64,000 nt of DNA from Hypanus sabinus (GCF_030144855.1 NC_082712.1:90086001-90150000), one strand, 5' to 3'; positions 1 to 12,839 are shown, numbered from the stretch's first letter. Translations and numbers: made by a program. The notes: generated from the letters alone by a model not told the origin.

Positions 1-590
1 AGAGGACTTCTAACCCTGTTAAGGCGGCGAGAAGATGGGGTGAGCATGAATGTCTGGAAAATGGAGTAGATGCGCCTGAGGGCAATATCAATGGCGGAAG
101 GACGGCAAACCCCATTCTTTGAAGGAGGAGGACATCTCTGAAGTACTGAGAAGGAAGCCTTTACGCTGGTCAGTCACGGTGCCAATGAAGTATCTGAGAA
201 AAGGAAATGCCATTTTTACAGGAGACAGTTTGGGACTGTAACCTCCAACATCGATTTTGTCTTCCGGTGTTTTCCCCTCCACCTTTCCTCTTCTATTCCC
301 CACTCTCACCTCTTACCTCTCCTCATTATCTGCGTATCGCCTCTCTTTTGTACCCCTACTTCTTCACTGTCTCCCATGGTCCACTCTCCTCATTGTCAGA
401 TTCCATCTTCGCCAACCCTCTACCCTTCCCACCTACCGAGCTTCATCTATCACCTACTATCTAGTTCTGCCTAAGCTCCGCTTCACCATCTTTTAATTCT
501 AGAGTTTTTCCCCTTTCTTGCCATCTCTGAAAGAAGATCTCGGCTCGCAACGTCGACTGTTTATTCATTTCCAGCTCTGGATCTACAGCA
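1..590. mobile_element. Penelope-like element remnant (inverted pieces, pseudo-LTR tail)
   Basis: Same sequence blocks as the clearer Penelope copies at 25630-26820 and 34427-35900; ends in the pLTR tail GATCTCGGCTCGCAACGTCGACTGTTTATTC. Confidence 0.55.
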
Positions 591-599
591 TTGCACTAT

Positions 600-1210
600 G
601 AATATATTCATAAACAAAACTAAAGAAGAAACAGTTCAAGATAGTTGACAACATCACTGAACAGCTGCGATGATCTAAGCCTCCCAAATATTAGGCATAT
701 TTGGAAACTAGTTCTGGGGGTTGTATAATGCAGATAAAACTGAGAGGTTGCACATAAACTAAACATCTCAGGAAGAGGTAGAAACACTAGGATGCTGAGA
801 TTGGCCTCCGTCCCTGCCGCTTCCTTCTCTGTCACTGTGGCCTGACCTCACTTTACATTGATGAGTGATTTTCCGTTTCAACCGGTGCCAAGATCGAGGT
901 TAACCCATTAGACAATAAGACTGTAAGACATAGGAGCAGAATTACGCCATCTGGCCTATCGAGACTGCTCCGCCATTCAATCATGGTTGATCCTTTTTTC
1001 CCTCCTCCTCAACTCCAGTTCCCAGCCTTCTTCCCGTAACCTTTCAGCCTTCTTTCAACCTTTCGTCTGTCCCGGAAATATCTCGGAGATTACATTTTCA
1101 GAGCTGGGCCTTCTGGACTGTCTCCTTCTTCACCCCCAAGAGTGTGGACACCTGGGCACGAGAACACTGTTTCTGATGGAGCCGGCGCGACAGGCAGTCA
1201 GGACATCCGC
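600..1210 (-). pseudogene. Terminal exon / 3' UTR block of Ig receptor gene copy A, split by a CR1 3'-tail insertion (~906-1055)
   Basis: 600-905 and 1055-1210 align by eye with 26850-27338 (e.g. AACAAAACTAAAG, TTCCGTTTCA, CTTCTTCAC). Candidate acceptor CTTTTCCCTGCATTCATCAG near 1210; reading frame unresolved. Confidence 0.5.
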
Positions 1211-1338
1211 TGATGAATGCAGGGAAAAGCAGTACATCCAGTCATGACGAACTGGGCATACTTGTGTACCAAAGATCTACATCCAACTTATGGCGCTGAG
1301 AAGATGGCGGTGTGCGCATTCCACAGAATATAGAACGT

Positions 1339-1800
1339 ACACTTAGTGGTCATTTATTACGTACACTTGCTCGTTGATGCAAATATTTAATCAGCCAGTC
1401 ACGTGGCAACAACTCAATTTATAAAAGCACGCAGATATTGTCAGGAAGTTCAGTTGCTGTTCAGATCAAAAATCAAACTGGGGAAGAAATGTGATCTAAA
1501 TAATTTTGACCATCTTTGGTGACAGATGGAGTGGTTTGAGTGTCTCAGAAACGGCGGATTTCCATGGATTTTCATGTACTACAGACCCGACAGTTCACAG
1601 AGAACGATGCGGTGGGGGGGGGGGGGGGGTCATCCAGTGAACAGCAGTACCGCGGGACAACGCGCCTTGTTAGTGTGAGAGGCCAGAAAACAATGGTCAG
1701 ACTGGTTCGAGCTGACAGCAACTCAAGCAAACACGTGGTACAAAGCGTCTCTGAATGTACAACACTTCGAACTCTGAAGTGAATGGGCTACAGCGCCCGA
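1339..1800 (+). mobile_element. Non-autonomous Tc1/mariner derivative (left TIR plus N-terminal transposase)
   Basis: Starts with TIR-like ACACTTAGTGGTCATTTATT; degenerate match to the copy translated at 33997-34416. Confidence 0.75.
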
Positions 1801-2493
1801 AGCTGTTTCGAATGCTAATTCGATTAAATCGATACGTGTGTATGGATGAATGACGACAAGACGCAAACGTGAACGTGAAGACCACACTATAGTCCATTCC
1901 TGTACCTCTTAAAAAAGCTACTGAATATAGAGCAGTACAGCACAAGAACACGCTCTTTGGCCCGTGATGTTTGCTGAACTAATAAAACTAGTACTGACAT
2001 AACTGACTAACCTGGGTACACGAGAATATATCTCTATTCACTTCACGCCTGGGGGAGGGGGCAGTTATGTCACACTGGTACAGTAGTTTGTGCTTCTTGC
2101 AACTCTTGCCCCTGCAGCTGAGATCGCCTGGACGGTTTCATTTGGGAAGGAGGTAGATCTTGCAACAGTGGAATACTGGAGCTTCTGGCAGGGAAGGGGA
2201 GGTGTACCTCCGAATTCACATTAAGGATTGTGGCAGATTTAAGAGGCCGAGTGACCTAACTCTGTTGCTATTTGTAGAAGGGGCCGTGAGGGGTAAGGAT
2301 GAGCTCGGAAAGCTTAGATGTTGGAGCCTTGGGATAAGGAGGGTAGGGTACAATGATGTCTACAGCCAGCTTTCCGATCGAGTCCAGATGGTGCTGGACT
2401 ATGGGCGGACTGCAGTCATCAACAACACACCAAGTCTAAGGGGTGGTGACGTGAGTCTTTCAGTCCAGCGGGAACTTGCCACGACAGAGTTAC

Positions 2494-2650
2494 CAGAAAC
2501 TGGGTTCCTCGACATCAAGTAAAATGCTCACGGTCCACACCACAGCCAGCAGTCCAAGAACCAGCGCTGACCGGCTCATCAAGACGGAGCCGTGGCTCAG
2601 CTTCTGCATGTCCGGAGTTTCTGAGTTCACCGTGGGGGTTAAAAAGCCTC
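2494..2650 (-). pseudogene. Stalk/transmembrane exon of Ig receptor (copy A1), frameshifted
   Basis: AG acceptor at 2651-2652 and GTAACT donor at 2488-2493. 157 bp versus 156 in paralogs (ATTTTAC vs ATTTAC). Reads GFLTPTVNSETPDMQKLSHGSVLMSRSALVLGLLAVVWTVSI, then shifts frame. Confidence 0.85.
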
Positions 2651-3059
2651 CTGTTAGTTGGAATCCAGAGCAGTGACTTCAAGACAGGAGAAGATGGCAG
2701 CGAGAGAGGCAGGCTGGAGGAGGCTGGGGGAACACGCGTGGAGCTCGTGACGCCGTCCCCACGGGGGAAGGGAGTATCGGGGCACTGAGGAAGAGGAGTA
2801 AAAAAATCCTGAGCTTTGCCAGATTCTGGAGCGTCGGGATTGTGGATCAGGAGAGACAGAATGTCCCACGCATGACAGTGCATCCCCCCCCCCCACCACC
2901 CCCGACAGCATAGCAAGACTTTAGTAGACGGAAGCTTAAAGACGTAAGCAAAGAGTGTGTGTCAAGCCTTGAGAAGTCTCCCGCGACTTGGAGAGAGGAT
3001 GTTTCAATTTTACAAGGAGGAACGTGATTAAAACAACGAAAATCAAAGTATATTGCAAA

Positions 3060-3480
3060 GCGAAGTGTCATAATTTTGGTCTTCTGAGATAGTGATTAGA
3101 GTTCTGCCGGTTGGCTCAAGAGACAGATTTCTGAAGGCACGTAGCTATTCTTGAACCCGGTTGTGTGGGCCTTCAGCCTTTTGTACCTCCCGTCCAATGG
3201 TAGCTGCCTGAAAATGATATGGAGTACTTGCTGGGATTCTTCTTCATTGGCGTTGCCTATTTGAGGGAGAGACTCTTGTAGATAGTACCGATGGGCGAGG
3301 GGAGTGTAGAGCCGTATGTCCCCGTGATCTGTTGGGCCGAGCCGCCGCTCCTGTGCATCCGGCTTGTCACCAGTTAGGATACATTCAGTGGTATATTTCC
3401 GATGAGCGTTCGGATGACAAGCCGAAGCTGTCACAACCACGAATTCGGCAGCGCAGCAGATTCGGCAATTGTGCTCGTGA
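3060..3480 (-). mobile_element. Rex1/Babar LINE 3' fragment
   Basis: ORF 3096-3488 ends HIIFRQLPLDGRYKRLKAHTTGFKNSYVP, the typical Rex1 RT C-terminus. Similar fragments at ~4990-5290, 17750-17900 and 29720-29880. Confidence 0.75.
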
Positions 3481-3826
3481 ATATGCACGTGTCAGCTAAT
3501 TATTATTTCATTGTGATGGTGTTTAGCTCCATTCCTACAGAACCTACGTAACCTCCTGAGAAAGTAAAGACCAACCCAGATGCTGTGAGGGTTTTAGTGA
3601 GGTGAGTGCACCTGAGGTGCAGGCTGGATACGGGACAGAGTGTGATGGAATATGTCTGTTTTTGAAATTAGATTAGGTTAAGGAGGATAGGGTATAATGA
3701 AGTCTGTAGCCATCATTCAGAACCCCAGATGGTGCTGGACTCTGGATGGTGTGTCGCCATGACTAAAGGGAGGCTGATGAGTCATTCAGCCAGGCCAGGG
3801 TACTGTGACTGGAGGATGCAGGTTAC

Positions 3827-3982
3827 CTGTAACTGTGTTCCTCTTCATTAGGTAAATGCCCAGGGTCCACGCCACTGGCAGCAGTCTGAGAACCAGCGCT
3901 GACCAGATCGTCAGGATGGAGCCGAGGCTCAGCTTCTGCATCCCCGGAGTTTCTGAGGTCACTGAGGGGGTTAAAGAGCCTC
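3827..3982 (-). pseudogene. Stalk/transmembrane exon of Ig receptor (copy A2), frame intact
   Basis: 156-bp phase 1-1 exon with AG and GTAACC sites; GSLTPSVTSETPGMQKLSLGSILTIWSALVLRLLPVAWTLGIYLMKRNTVT. The nearest upstream V exon is disrupted. Confidence 0.85.
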
Positions 3983-4264
3983 CTGTGAGTTGGGATCCAG
4001 AACAGTGACGTCGAGACAGGAGGCGAGGGCAGAGAGAGCGGCAGGGTGTGAAAGACACAGGGTCACGTGTGGGGAGCGCGACCCAGTCCGCTACGGGGTA
4101 GAGGAGAGTCAGGGGTACTGGGAAACTTACTTACTGCCCATTGTGTCACTGGCAGCAATGAATGCTCTCTACCTCTGGCTGTGTTCTTTCGTCATTTCAG
4201 TGGCTTCCTCTCGTTTTTCACTGCCGTCAATCGTCCCGAATGCAGGCTACGGAATACAGATGTA

Positions 4265-4760
4265 GAAGGATTCTTCATTGCTGTTTTCATAACAATTTTG
4301 TTTTACCAGTCAGGTTGTTAGCCCTGAGCTGAACCTCCGAACCTGGAGGACCAGTGGACCACTCTTAGTCTGGCCTCCAGAAGGCATATAGTTCTTCAGT
4401 CGGGGGATAGTGCCGGGACGTAATATTGCGCAGTATAAAATCCTAGTCAGATCGCATGTGGAGTGTTGTATTCCGTTCTGGTTACCTCGTTTTTTAGGAA
4501 GAATGTGGAAGCTTTATAGAGGATGCAGAGGAGATTTACCGGCATGCTGCCTGTACTAGAGCATGTCTACGGAAGATAGATTGAGCAAGCTGGGGCTTTT
4601 CTACTCTTTGACCTGTTTGTCATAGGTGACAATACCAAGAGTCAAAGCATAAAGCCCTGACTCCAGCCGACATAGCTCTCCGTTTCATTGAGTCATAAAA
4701 CCCTCCAAATCCAACGACAAGTTCGTGGCCCTCTTGGAGGAGCACTGGGAAAATGTTATG
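4265..4760 (-). mobile_element. RTE-type LINE 3' fragment interrupted by a CR1 ORF2 fragment (~4380-4600)
   Basis: Recognised RTE-like 3' end (GTTGTTAGCCCTGAGCTGAACC...GGACCACTCTTAGTCTGGCC). The inner piece matches the CR1 RT C-terminus, which also appears at 5300-5700. Confidence 0.5.
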
Positions 4761-6655
4761 AAAAATTCTGAGGTGGGATTCTGGAGCAGCGGTGACAGTC
4801 GCCCGCGCACGAAGATGTCTTTTTCCCCTGTGAGTTACCCCAAGCCTTGAGGAGATGGAGACTGAAAGACCGTGGCAAAAAAAAAGGTTGTGTCAAACCA
4901 TGGAAGTATCCCAGGATTTGGAAAGAGGGGACTTCATTTTTACTAGAAACGCGATTAGAAGAACAAAATTTAATGTCCACTGTCCTGTAAAATCGTCATA
5001 GTGTTGGTCTTTTGAGGTAGTAGTTAGGGCTGTGCCGGCTGGCTCAGTTACCAGGTGTCTATTACCAGGAGTAGCTATTCTTGGACCTGGTGGTGTGGGA
5101 CTTTAGCAGTTTGTAACCCCAACGCCTACCCATTCGTAACAGCCTGAAAGTGACACGGGTAGGGTTGGATATTTCATCAAGAGGCAGCGCCCTCTGCAGA
5201 TTGTGGAGGGAGTAGGCAATGCCCGTGATGTTTTGGGCGGACCCGCTGATCGCTGCGGCCACTTACGCTCCTGCGTAAAGTCACAGATGAATTTAGATCC
5301 CTTAAGGTTGTTGTCTTCATTAATAAGGTGGTTAAGAAGGCATGTGGTTCATTAGTTGGGGGATTGAGTTCAAGTCCCGGGACGTAATGTTGCGCACTAA
5401 AAACTCCTGGTTCGATCAAATTTAGAATATTGTATTTGGTCCTGGCTGCCTCGTTATAGGAAGGGGGTGGAAGCTTTAGAAAGGATGCAGAGGAAATTTA
5501 CCCGCATGCTGCCTGGACTAGAGCATGTCGACTGAGGATGGATTGAGCAAGCTGGGGATTTTCTCTTTGGAGCGCGGGAAGATGAGAAGTGACTTGATAG
5601 AAGAGGTGGGCATAAGAAGCCTATATTGAGAGGATAGCCAGAGACTTTCCCACGTCTAAAAAGATGAATACGAGGCGGTATAAGTGTAAGGTGATTGAAG
5701 AAAAGTATAGGGAAAGGACGTCAAAGGTATTGTTTTCTTTACACTGAGAGTGGTGGATGCATGGACCCCCCCCCCCCCCCCCCAGTGGTGATGATAGTGA
5801 CAGATACATTATCGGCATTAAAAATAAACTCGTAGTGCGGAAATGGATGATTGAAGACTACGTCGGAGGGATGGGTGTAGTTGACCTTGGAGTAGGATAA
5901 ATGGTCGGCACAACATCATGCGCCGAGGAGCCTCGACTATACTCTAGTGTTCCGTGTTCTCTGACTCAAAAAGATCGATGAAGCTGTTGACAGTCGTTGA
6001 CTCGAACTCAATGTGTTGGTGAAATGGGCTGAGAAATTACCGAGGGTGGTTCATCCGGATGCATGTGAGCTGAAAGAGACTGGCATCATTAATGGGTCCT
6101 GGATATGGGGCACTGAGGTAGAGATGGGCGGGAGTGTTTCTACTGGAGTGAGTATGGAGGAGGCTCGCAGGGTGGAATGTTTCAGTTACGGGGAGTGGCG
6201 GGGTCTGCATGCATAGGAACTGAGGCAGTTCTGAAGGAACAGGATTGAGGGACACACCCCCATAAAGGTCTATACAGAGTAGATTAAAGAAAATATTTCA
6301 CAGATTGATAAATGTCAAGCTAAGGGATAAAAGATTTAGAGGGCATCTGACAAGGAACTTTCTCACTGCAAGAGCGGTGAGTACCTGGAACACGCTGCCA
6401 AAGAGAGGGAGAAGCAGAGTCTAGGAGCTCGTTTAGGAATTGTCTAAGCCAGTCGCTGAACTATCCAGGGTCAAGCGCCGGGAAAACGAGATTAAAGCGG
6501 GTGGGAGTTAATCGGTACATTTCGACATGATGGGCCGAGTAGACTGTTCCCTTGCAGAATGAAAACAGGAGAACATGAAGCTGTGCTCATGCATAGAAAA
6601 TAAGTCAAAGAACTTTGGAGAAGAGCAGAGATCAGGGTAAGGATTCAAGACTCAC

Positions 6656-7298
6656 CTTTCACTGACAGAACGGCTCCACATTTTGTTTTCTTCCCCCTAC
6701 TTGGTCATTTCAGCCGGTATAAGGGGATGGAACCCGTACTCTCTCGGGAACTCGATTCACTGATGGTGTGGTTCAGTAAGGAGCTGAATATATATAAATC
6801 TTAACTAAAGGGTTAGTAAAGAAAAACAAATGGGCTCATTTTAATTAAACAGTCAAATGTGCCACAAGTTGGAACTCAAAATTTCGTCATATTCACCGAT
6901 TCTCGATCGATCTCACCGCTGGCTTCGTCGAATCACGGTTCACTCCGGGTACGATCTCTGCTCTCCAGCTTCTTCTCCCTTCATCTCCCGCCGAACAATA
7001 TCCCCAAGCCCATCCTTAGTGTCCCTCACCAGAGAAACCTCCCCTCAGCTCTGCCATCCTAATTGGATGCCACGTATTTCTCTTCACCCCTTATCTAAAC
7101 AGTAACCTAAACAGACTGCTCTCACCGAACTGCTAAAGGAAATACAAACATCATAACAGTAAAAATATGAACCAAGGCATTACATAGGTATGGAGGTGTC
7201 CGGGTACATGAAGGAGCAGGAGAGAGTGCCGGATTCATTCTCTACAGCCTCCGGGTACCTTGGCTGCTCTACGCGGAACACATTTCCACTGGTCCATA
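6656..7298 (-). pseudogene. IgV exon of PILR/Siglec-like receptor (copy A), disrupted
   Basis: Acceptor CTCCTTCCCTTTCCCTCAG, then WTSGNVFRVEQPRYPEAVENESGTLSCSFMYPDTSIP (7298-7185). An LTR insertion follows, then YIFSSLLNHT..STGSIPLYRL..GEENKMW with deletions and a GTGAGT donor at 6650-6655. Paralog of 32739-33107. Confidence 0.85.
6796..7184 (-). mobile_element. Truncated LTR fragment inserted in the V exon
   Basis: Minus strand starts TGTAATGCC exactly where V homology stops; shares CTTAGTGTCCCTCACCA with 29640-29660. The other end is lost together with part of the exon. Confidence 0.55.
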
Positions 7299-7589
7299 CT
7301 GAGGGAAAGGGAAGGAGCAAACAGTCCTTTGTGAACCTTCAACCACAACCCATCGGGCAGGCAATTAATCCATAACATTCTCAGCAAAAGACAAGACCCT
7401 GCCCTCTGCCTGGTGGACTAACTTCCACCCTAAGACAAGAGGGGAGTGGGGAGAGATGACCATGAGATCAGAAGAGCTAGGAGCAGAATTGGGCTGTTCA
7501 TTTGCTATTCCTCTCCACTCTGTTCCCCTGCCTTCTCCCTTTAGGCGTTAACATTCTTGACAATCAGAAACCATGAACCTCCGCCAATC

Positions 7590-8070
7590 GTGTGTCAGCA
7601 AGACGTGTGAAAAAGCGTGAGTCGTGGTTAAGGGGTTCAGTTGTTGTTCAGACCAAATATCAGAATGGGGAAGAAATTTGATCTAAGTGGCTTTGACTGT
7701 GGAATTGTTTTTGGTCCAAGAATGGGTCGATTCAGTATCACAGAAACTACTGATCTCCTGTGACTTCTGACGCACAATAGTCTGTAGAGTTAACAGATAA
7801 TGGAGCGTAAAACAAGCAGACAAAAAAAAAAATCTAGTCAGCGGCAGTCCTGCGGTTGAAAATGCTTTCTTAATGAAAGAGATCTAAGGAGATTGGTCAG
7901 ACTAGTTCAAGCTGACAGTAAGGCGACACCAGCTCAAATGACCTTGCAGTATAACAGTGGCGTACAGAAGAACGTGACACACAACACGTTGCGCCTATAA
8001 GTTAATGGGCTACAGCAGCAAAACAAAAAAAAACTTTGTTGGGTACAGGAGGCGGCCAGTGAGTGTATTG
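7590..8070 (+). mobile_element. Non-autonomous Tc1 derivative
   Basis: Matches the Tc1 N-terminal region (GATCTAAGTGGCTTTGAC...GGCTACAGCAGCA) and ends GGCCAGTGAGTGTA. Confidence 0.7.
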
Positions 8071-8189
8071 TAGGTGTTGACATATTTGGAATTGAAATCC
8101 GTGAACTGCTGGAAATATTCAGCTGGTCAGTCAGCATCTCTGGATATGAGTGTGTGCACGCACGCTGAGGGGAGGACATCTTCAGATTG

Positions 8190-10329
8190 ACTGAAATCAG
8201 CGGCGGGAGCAGCGCACAGTGAGGTTTCTCTTAGGTCTGCGGGAGCAGCGCAGAGAGGAGTAAATGGAAGTGCAGAGGGTCTAAGCGGAGAGCCCATTGC
8301 TGGGAGTGGCCCATTGCTGGGAGTAGGAGCGTTGCGCTTTCGCTCAAAGGAGGCTTCGACTCGAAAGGAGCGTTACCTCTGGGTAAATTTCTGTTAAGTT
8401 TCCCTTTTCGTTTCATACTGTGTCAGGAGTACTTAGTGTAGTTCAAATGGCCGTTGTGGTTCTTCATGCTGGATGTTGGAGTTCTGGGAGACTCGGAGTT
8501 TCCCAGGGGAGCTACATCTGCGCGAAGAGCATCCAGCTGCAGCTCCTTGAAGATTGTTAGGAATCTGGAGCAGCAGCTGGATGACCTTCGGCTTGTACGG
8601 GAGACAGAGGAAATAATCGATCAGAGTCACAGCAAAGTAGTCACCCCTAAGTTGCAGGAGGCGGGTAACTGGGTGACTGTCTGGAAAAGAAATGGAAATT
8701 GAAATAGGCAATTAGAGCACATCTGTGGCCATTCCGGTCGATAATAAATACTGTTGTGGATACGGTTTTGGATACTGTTGTGTTCCAAGGGAATGCCACG
8801 AAGACCAGGTTACTGGCACTGAGCATGGGTCCATGGTGCAGAAGGGAAAGAGGGAGAAGAGGAGAACGGTAGTGTTAGGGGACGCAATAGTCAGAAGAAC
8901 AGACAGGAGATTCTGTGAACGAGACCAGGATACCCGGATGGTATGCTGCCTCCCAAGTGACGCCTCGGATCACGTTCACAGCATTTTGGAGAGGGAGGGT
9001 GAGCAGCCAGATGTCTTGGTACATATTGGTAACAACAGCATAGGAAGGAAAAGCAAAGGGGTCCTGATTTGTAGAGCTAGGCAGAAAGTTGAGAAGCAGG
9101 GTCTCCATGGTAGTAATTTCTGGATAGCTATCTGTGCCACGCGCCAGTGAATTAGAAACTGGATAATTTCGCAGAGAAATGAATGGCTGAGATGCTGGTG
9201 CAGGACTTCAGGTTCTTGAATCATTGTTAACCCTTCTGGGAGATGTATGACCTGTAAAAAAAAAAGAAGGGTTGGACATGAACCCGAGTGGAACCAATAG
9301 TCTCGCGGGCAGGTCTGTTAGAGCTGTTGAAGTGGCTTAAAACAATTTGGCAGGTGAATGGGAAGCAAAGTGAAGGGATTCAGGATAGGGTGGATTGTTT
9401 TAAAAAAACACAAAGATAGCGTTCAGTCAGATTGTCAGGAAGGTCAGGAAGATGATAGGACAAAATTGCAACCAGCAGGGTGGGTATCAGTGAACTAGGG
9501 ATGCAGAATCATAAAGGGTAGCAAATGCCGTACTCCACGTGTTATATCTCAATGCACTGAGAGTGAATTTGTTCAATGCCTACGAAATGGCTTTTTAAAG
9601 CAGTTTGTCATGGATTGGTCACTATGTAACGAACCGGGGCACTTAGGGAGCTTAAGGTAAAGGAACCCTTAAGAGGCAGTGATCACAATGTGATTGTTCA
9701 ACTTGAAATTTGATTGGGAGAATGTAAAACCTGTCGTAGCAGTATTTCAGTGGAGTATATGATATACAGTGTTATGAGAGAGGAATTAGCCAAAATAAAC
9801 TGAAAGGAGATGCTGGCTGGGATGACAGCAGAGCAGCAATGGCTTGAGTTTCTGGAGGAAATGAGGAAGGTGCAGGATAAATGTATTCCAAAAACAAAGA
9901 AAAGCTCAAAACACAAAATGTACAACCGTGGTTGATACAGGAAGTCAAAGCTAATCTAACAGCAAAAGAGAGGGTATACAACAAAGCAAAACTTAGCAGG
10001 AAAATGCACGATCAAAAAACTTTTAAAACCTATAGAAAGCAACTAAAAGACTCATTAGGAGGTAAAATATGAAATATGAAGGCAAGCTGGTAAACAATAT
10101 CAAGATGGAAAGAAAATAATTTTTCAAGTATATAAAAAATAAAAGAGAGATGAAAGTGGATATAGAACCGCTAGAAAATGAGGCTGGAGAAATAGTAGCA
10201 GGGGACAAGGAAATGGCAGATAAACTAAATGAGTATTTTGAATCAGTGTTTACTGTGGAAAATACTAGCAGTGTGCCTGGTGTTGAAAAGTGTGAGGGAA
10301 GAAAAATGAGTGCAGTTACTATTACAGGG
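8190..10329 (+). mobile_element. CR1-type LINE 5' part: repetitive 5' UTR, ORF1 (Zn finger/coiled coil plus SGNH esterase) and deleted ORF2
   Basis: ORFs give VRNLEQQLDDLRLVRETEEIID and RRTVVLGDAIVRRTDRRFCERDQDTRMVCCLP (esterase GDS-type motif), then ORF2 linker DKEMADKLNEYFESVFT. Confidence 0.85.
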
Positions 10330-10788
10330 TGTCGTGGAAACACTAAGAACGCCAGAGTGACTTCAAGTTTCGCTTTAAGAGTTTATTAACATGATATCAT
10401 GGAGAGTCTGCAGCAGTCTCCACCGCCACCAGAACTCTGACTTTTAGGTTATACAAAGCTCATATTTATACAACAAGACAAACAACTTCACATAACTTTG
10501 TTTGGCATCCCATGGTCAGTACATGATCAATCGTTTAAAAGACATGTCAATTATCTCTTACGTATGAGTCTAACAGTCCTCTTTGTTCCCTGTTATCAAG
10601 GCTCATAATTTATCCCCAGATGCATCCTCCCTCCTGGTTCCAGGGGCCTAGTGTCTTATTAATTGGAGTTCTTGGTACTGTGCTTATAATCCAAGGTTAT
10701 TCTCGACACGCATCTGCAGTTTTAAGACCAGCTGTTCCAGAATGGCCAAGTATCCCATCAGACACTAGTTTTAACCATTCCTACCACA
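10330..10788 (-). mobile_element. Solo LTR (ERV-like) inserted in CR1
   Basis: TG...CA termini; CR1 sequence resumes on both sides; minus strand has AATAAA near its 3' end. Flanking duplication is imperfect (CAGGG/ATGGG). Confidence 0.6.
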
Positions 10789-12365
10789 AATGGGAGCAGG
10801 TACTCAACAAGCAGAAAAACCTAATGGTGCATAAGTAACCAGATCAGATGAACTGCACCCTAGAATTCTGGAAAGGTAGCTGTAGAGATTGTGGATGCAT
10901 TAGTAATGACCTTTCAAGAATCATTGGACTCTGGAATGATTCCAGGGTGCTGGAAAATTGCAAATGTCACTCCACTCTTTAAGAAGGGGGCAGCAGAAAA
11001 GAAATTATTGACCAGTTAGCCTGACCTCAATAGTTGGGAAGATGTTGGAGTCAATTGTTATTGGTGATGTTATGGAGTACTTGGTGATCCAGGACAAGGT
11101 AGGACAAAATCAGCATGGTTTTATTATGGGTAAATCTTGACTAACGAACCTGTTGGAATTCTTACAGGAAATTATTAGTAGGATAGATAAAGGGATGCAG
11201 TGACGGCTTTAGATTTGTTTTCTAGGAAGGCTTTTGACAAGGTGCCGTACATGAGACTGCTTATCAAGGTAAGAGCCCATTGTACTTCAGGAAAGTTACT
11301 GGCATGGTTAGAACATTGACTGATTGGCAGGAGACAGCAAGTGGGAATAACAGGATTCTTTTTTGTTTGGCTGCCAGTGACTAGTTGTGTTCCACAGAGG
11401 TTGGTGTCTGGACCACTTCTTTTTATGCTGTATATCAATGATTTAGATGATAGAATAGATGGCATTGTGCCAAGTTTGCAGGTGATAGAAGATTTTTGGA
11501 GGGGCAGGTAGGATGCAGAAGGACTTAGATAGATTAGGAGAATGAGCAAGAAAACGGCAAATAAAATAACATGTGGAAAACATATGATCATGCACTTTGG
11601 TAGTACAAATAAATGTGTGGAAATTAATGTAAGAAGAAATAAATAAAAGGGAAGAAAATCCAAATATCTGAGATGCAGAGGGATTTGTGAGTCCTTGTGC
11701 AGAAGACCCTAACAGTTAACTTGCAGGTTCAGTTGGTGGTGAAGAAGGCAAATGTCATGTTCGCATTCATTTCAAAAGGTCTGGAATATAAGAGCAGGGA
11801 TGTGATGCTGAGGCTTTATAAGACACTGGTGAGGTCTCACTTTGAAAATAATGAATGGTTTTGGGCTCCTCATCTAAGAAAAAAATAATCTGCTGGTATT
11901 GGAGAGAGCTCGGAGGAGGTTCACTTGGATGATTCCTGGAAATAAAGGGTTATATATGAGCAACATTTGTTGGTTCTGGTCCTGTATTCCCTGGAATTTA
12001 GAATGATGGGGAGGGGGGTGGATGTTCAAAGGCCCAGACAGAGCAGATGTGAAAAGGTTGGTTCCCATGGTAAGGGAGTCTAGGACAAGAGGGTACAACC
12101 TCAGTATAGAGGAAGTTCATTTAAAACAGAGATGCGGAGAAATTCCTTTACCTAGAGAGTGGTGAATGTGTGTAATTTGTTACCATAGGCAGCTGTGCAG
12201 ACCAGATTATTGAGTGTTAAATCAGAGATTGATAGAGTCTTTATTGCCCACGGCATCAAAGGCCTGGGAGTGGGGCTGAGGGTGGTGAAAAGGGATCAGC
12301 TGTGATTGAATGGTGGAGCAGACTTGATGGGCCAAATGGCCTAATTCTGCTTCCATGTCTTATTT
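10789..12365 (+). mobile_element. CR1 LINE RT domain and 3' UTR, degenerate
   Basis: Continuation of the 8190 element; RT-region and C-terminal motifs (KKANVMFAFISKGLEYKSRDVMLRLYKTLVR); CR1 3' tail ends at CATGTCTTAT. Confidence 0.85.
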
Positions 12366-12839
12366 CCTTCTGGCCTTCTCTTATTTTCTTCCCTGAACAA
12401 GGTCAGGTCACAGAACTCGGTGTTAGAATCCACTTGATTTAGCCGGTACAAGCCGATGGAACCCGTCTTGTCTCGAAGTGGGGAGGCCCTGAACTTGATC
12501 CGGCCCCAGTATTCGCGGATGGTGTGGTTCAGTAAGAAACTGAATATTGGAGATATTATTCTGCCGAAGGGCTTCAGCCCGAAACGTCATCTGTACTTTT
12601 TTTCCATCAATCCTGACCGGCCTGCTGATTTCCTCCGGCATTTTGTGTGAGTGTCTCGGATTTTCAGCATCTGCAGATTTTCTCTTGATTGTAGTCCCAT
12701 TGTAGTTCGCAACTATCCAACGGATGTCGATGTGCCTGGGTAGGGAGGTGTCCGGTTACGTGAAGAAGCATGGGTGGGTGAGAGCCTTGCCCTCGTCAGC
12801 CTCCACATCGCTCGGCTAAACCCTGTATTAGATTGCAAC
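12366..12839 (-). pseudogene. IgV exon of PILR/Siglec-like receptor (copy C), disrupted
   Basis: PSDVEADEGKALTHPCFFT*PDTSLPRHIDIRWIVANYNGTTI, [Penelope insert ~12549-12688], FSFLLNHTIREYWGRIKFRASPLRDKTGSIGLYRLNQVDSNTEFCDLTLFREENK; 3' end cut off by the CR1 tail. Confidence 0.85.
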
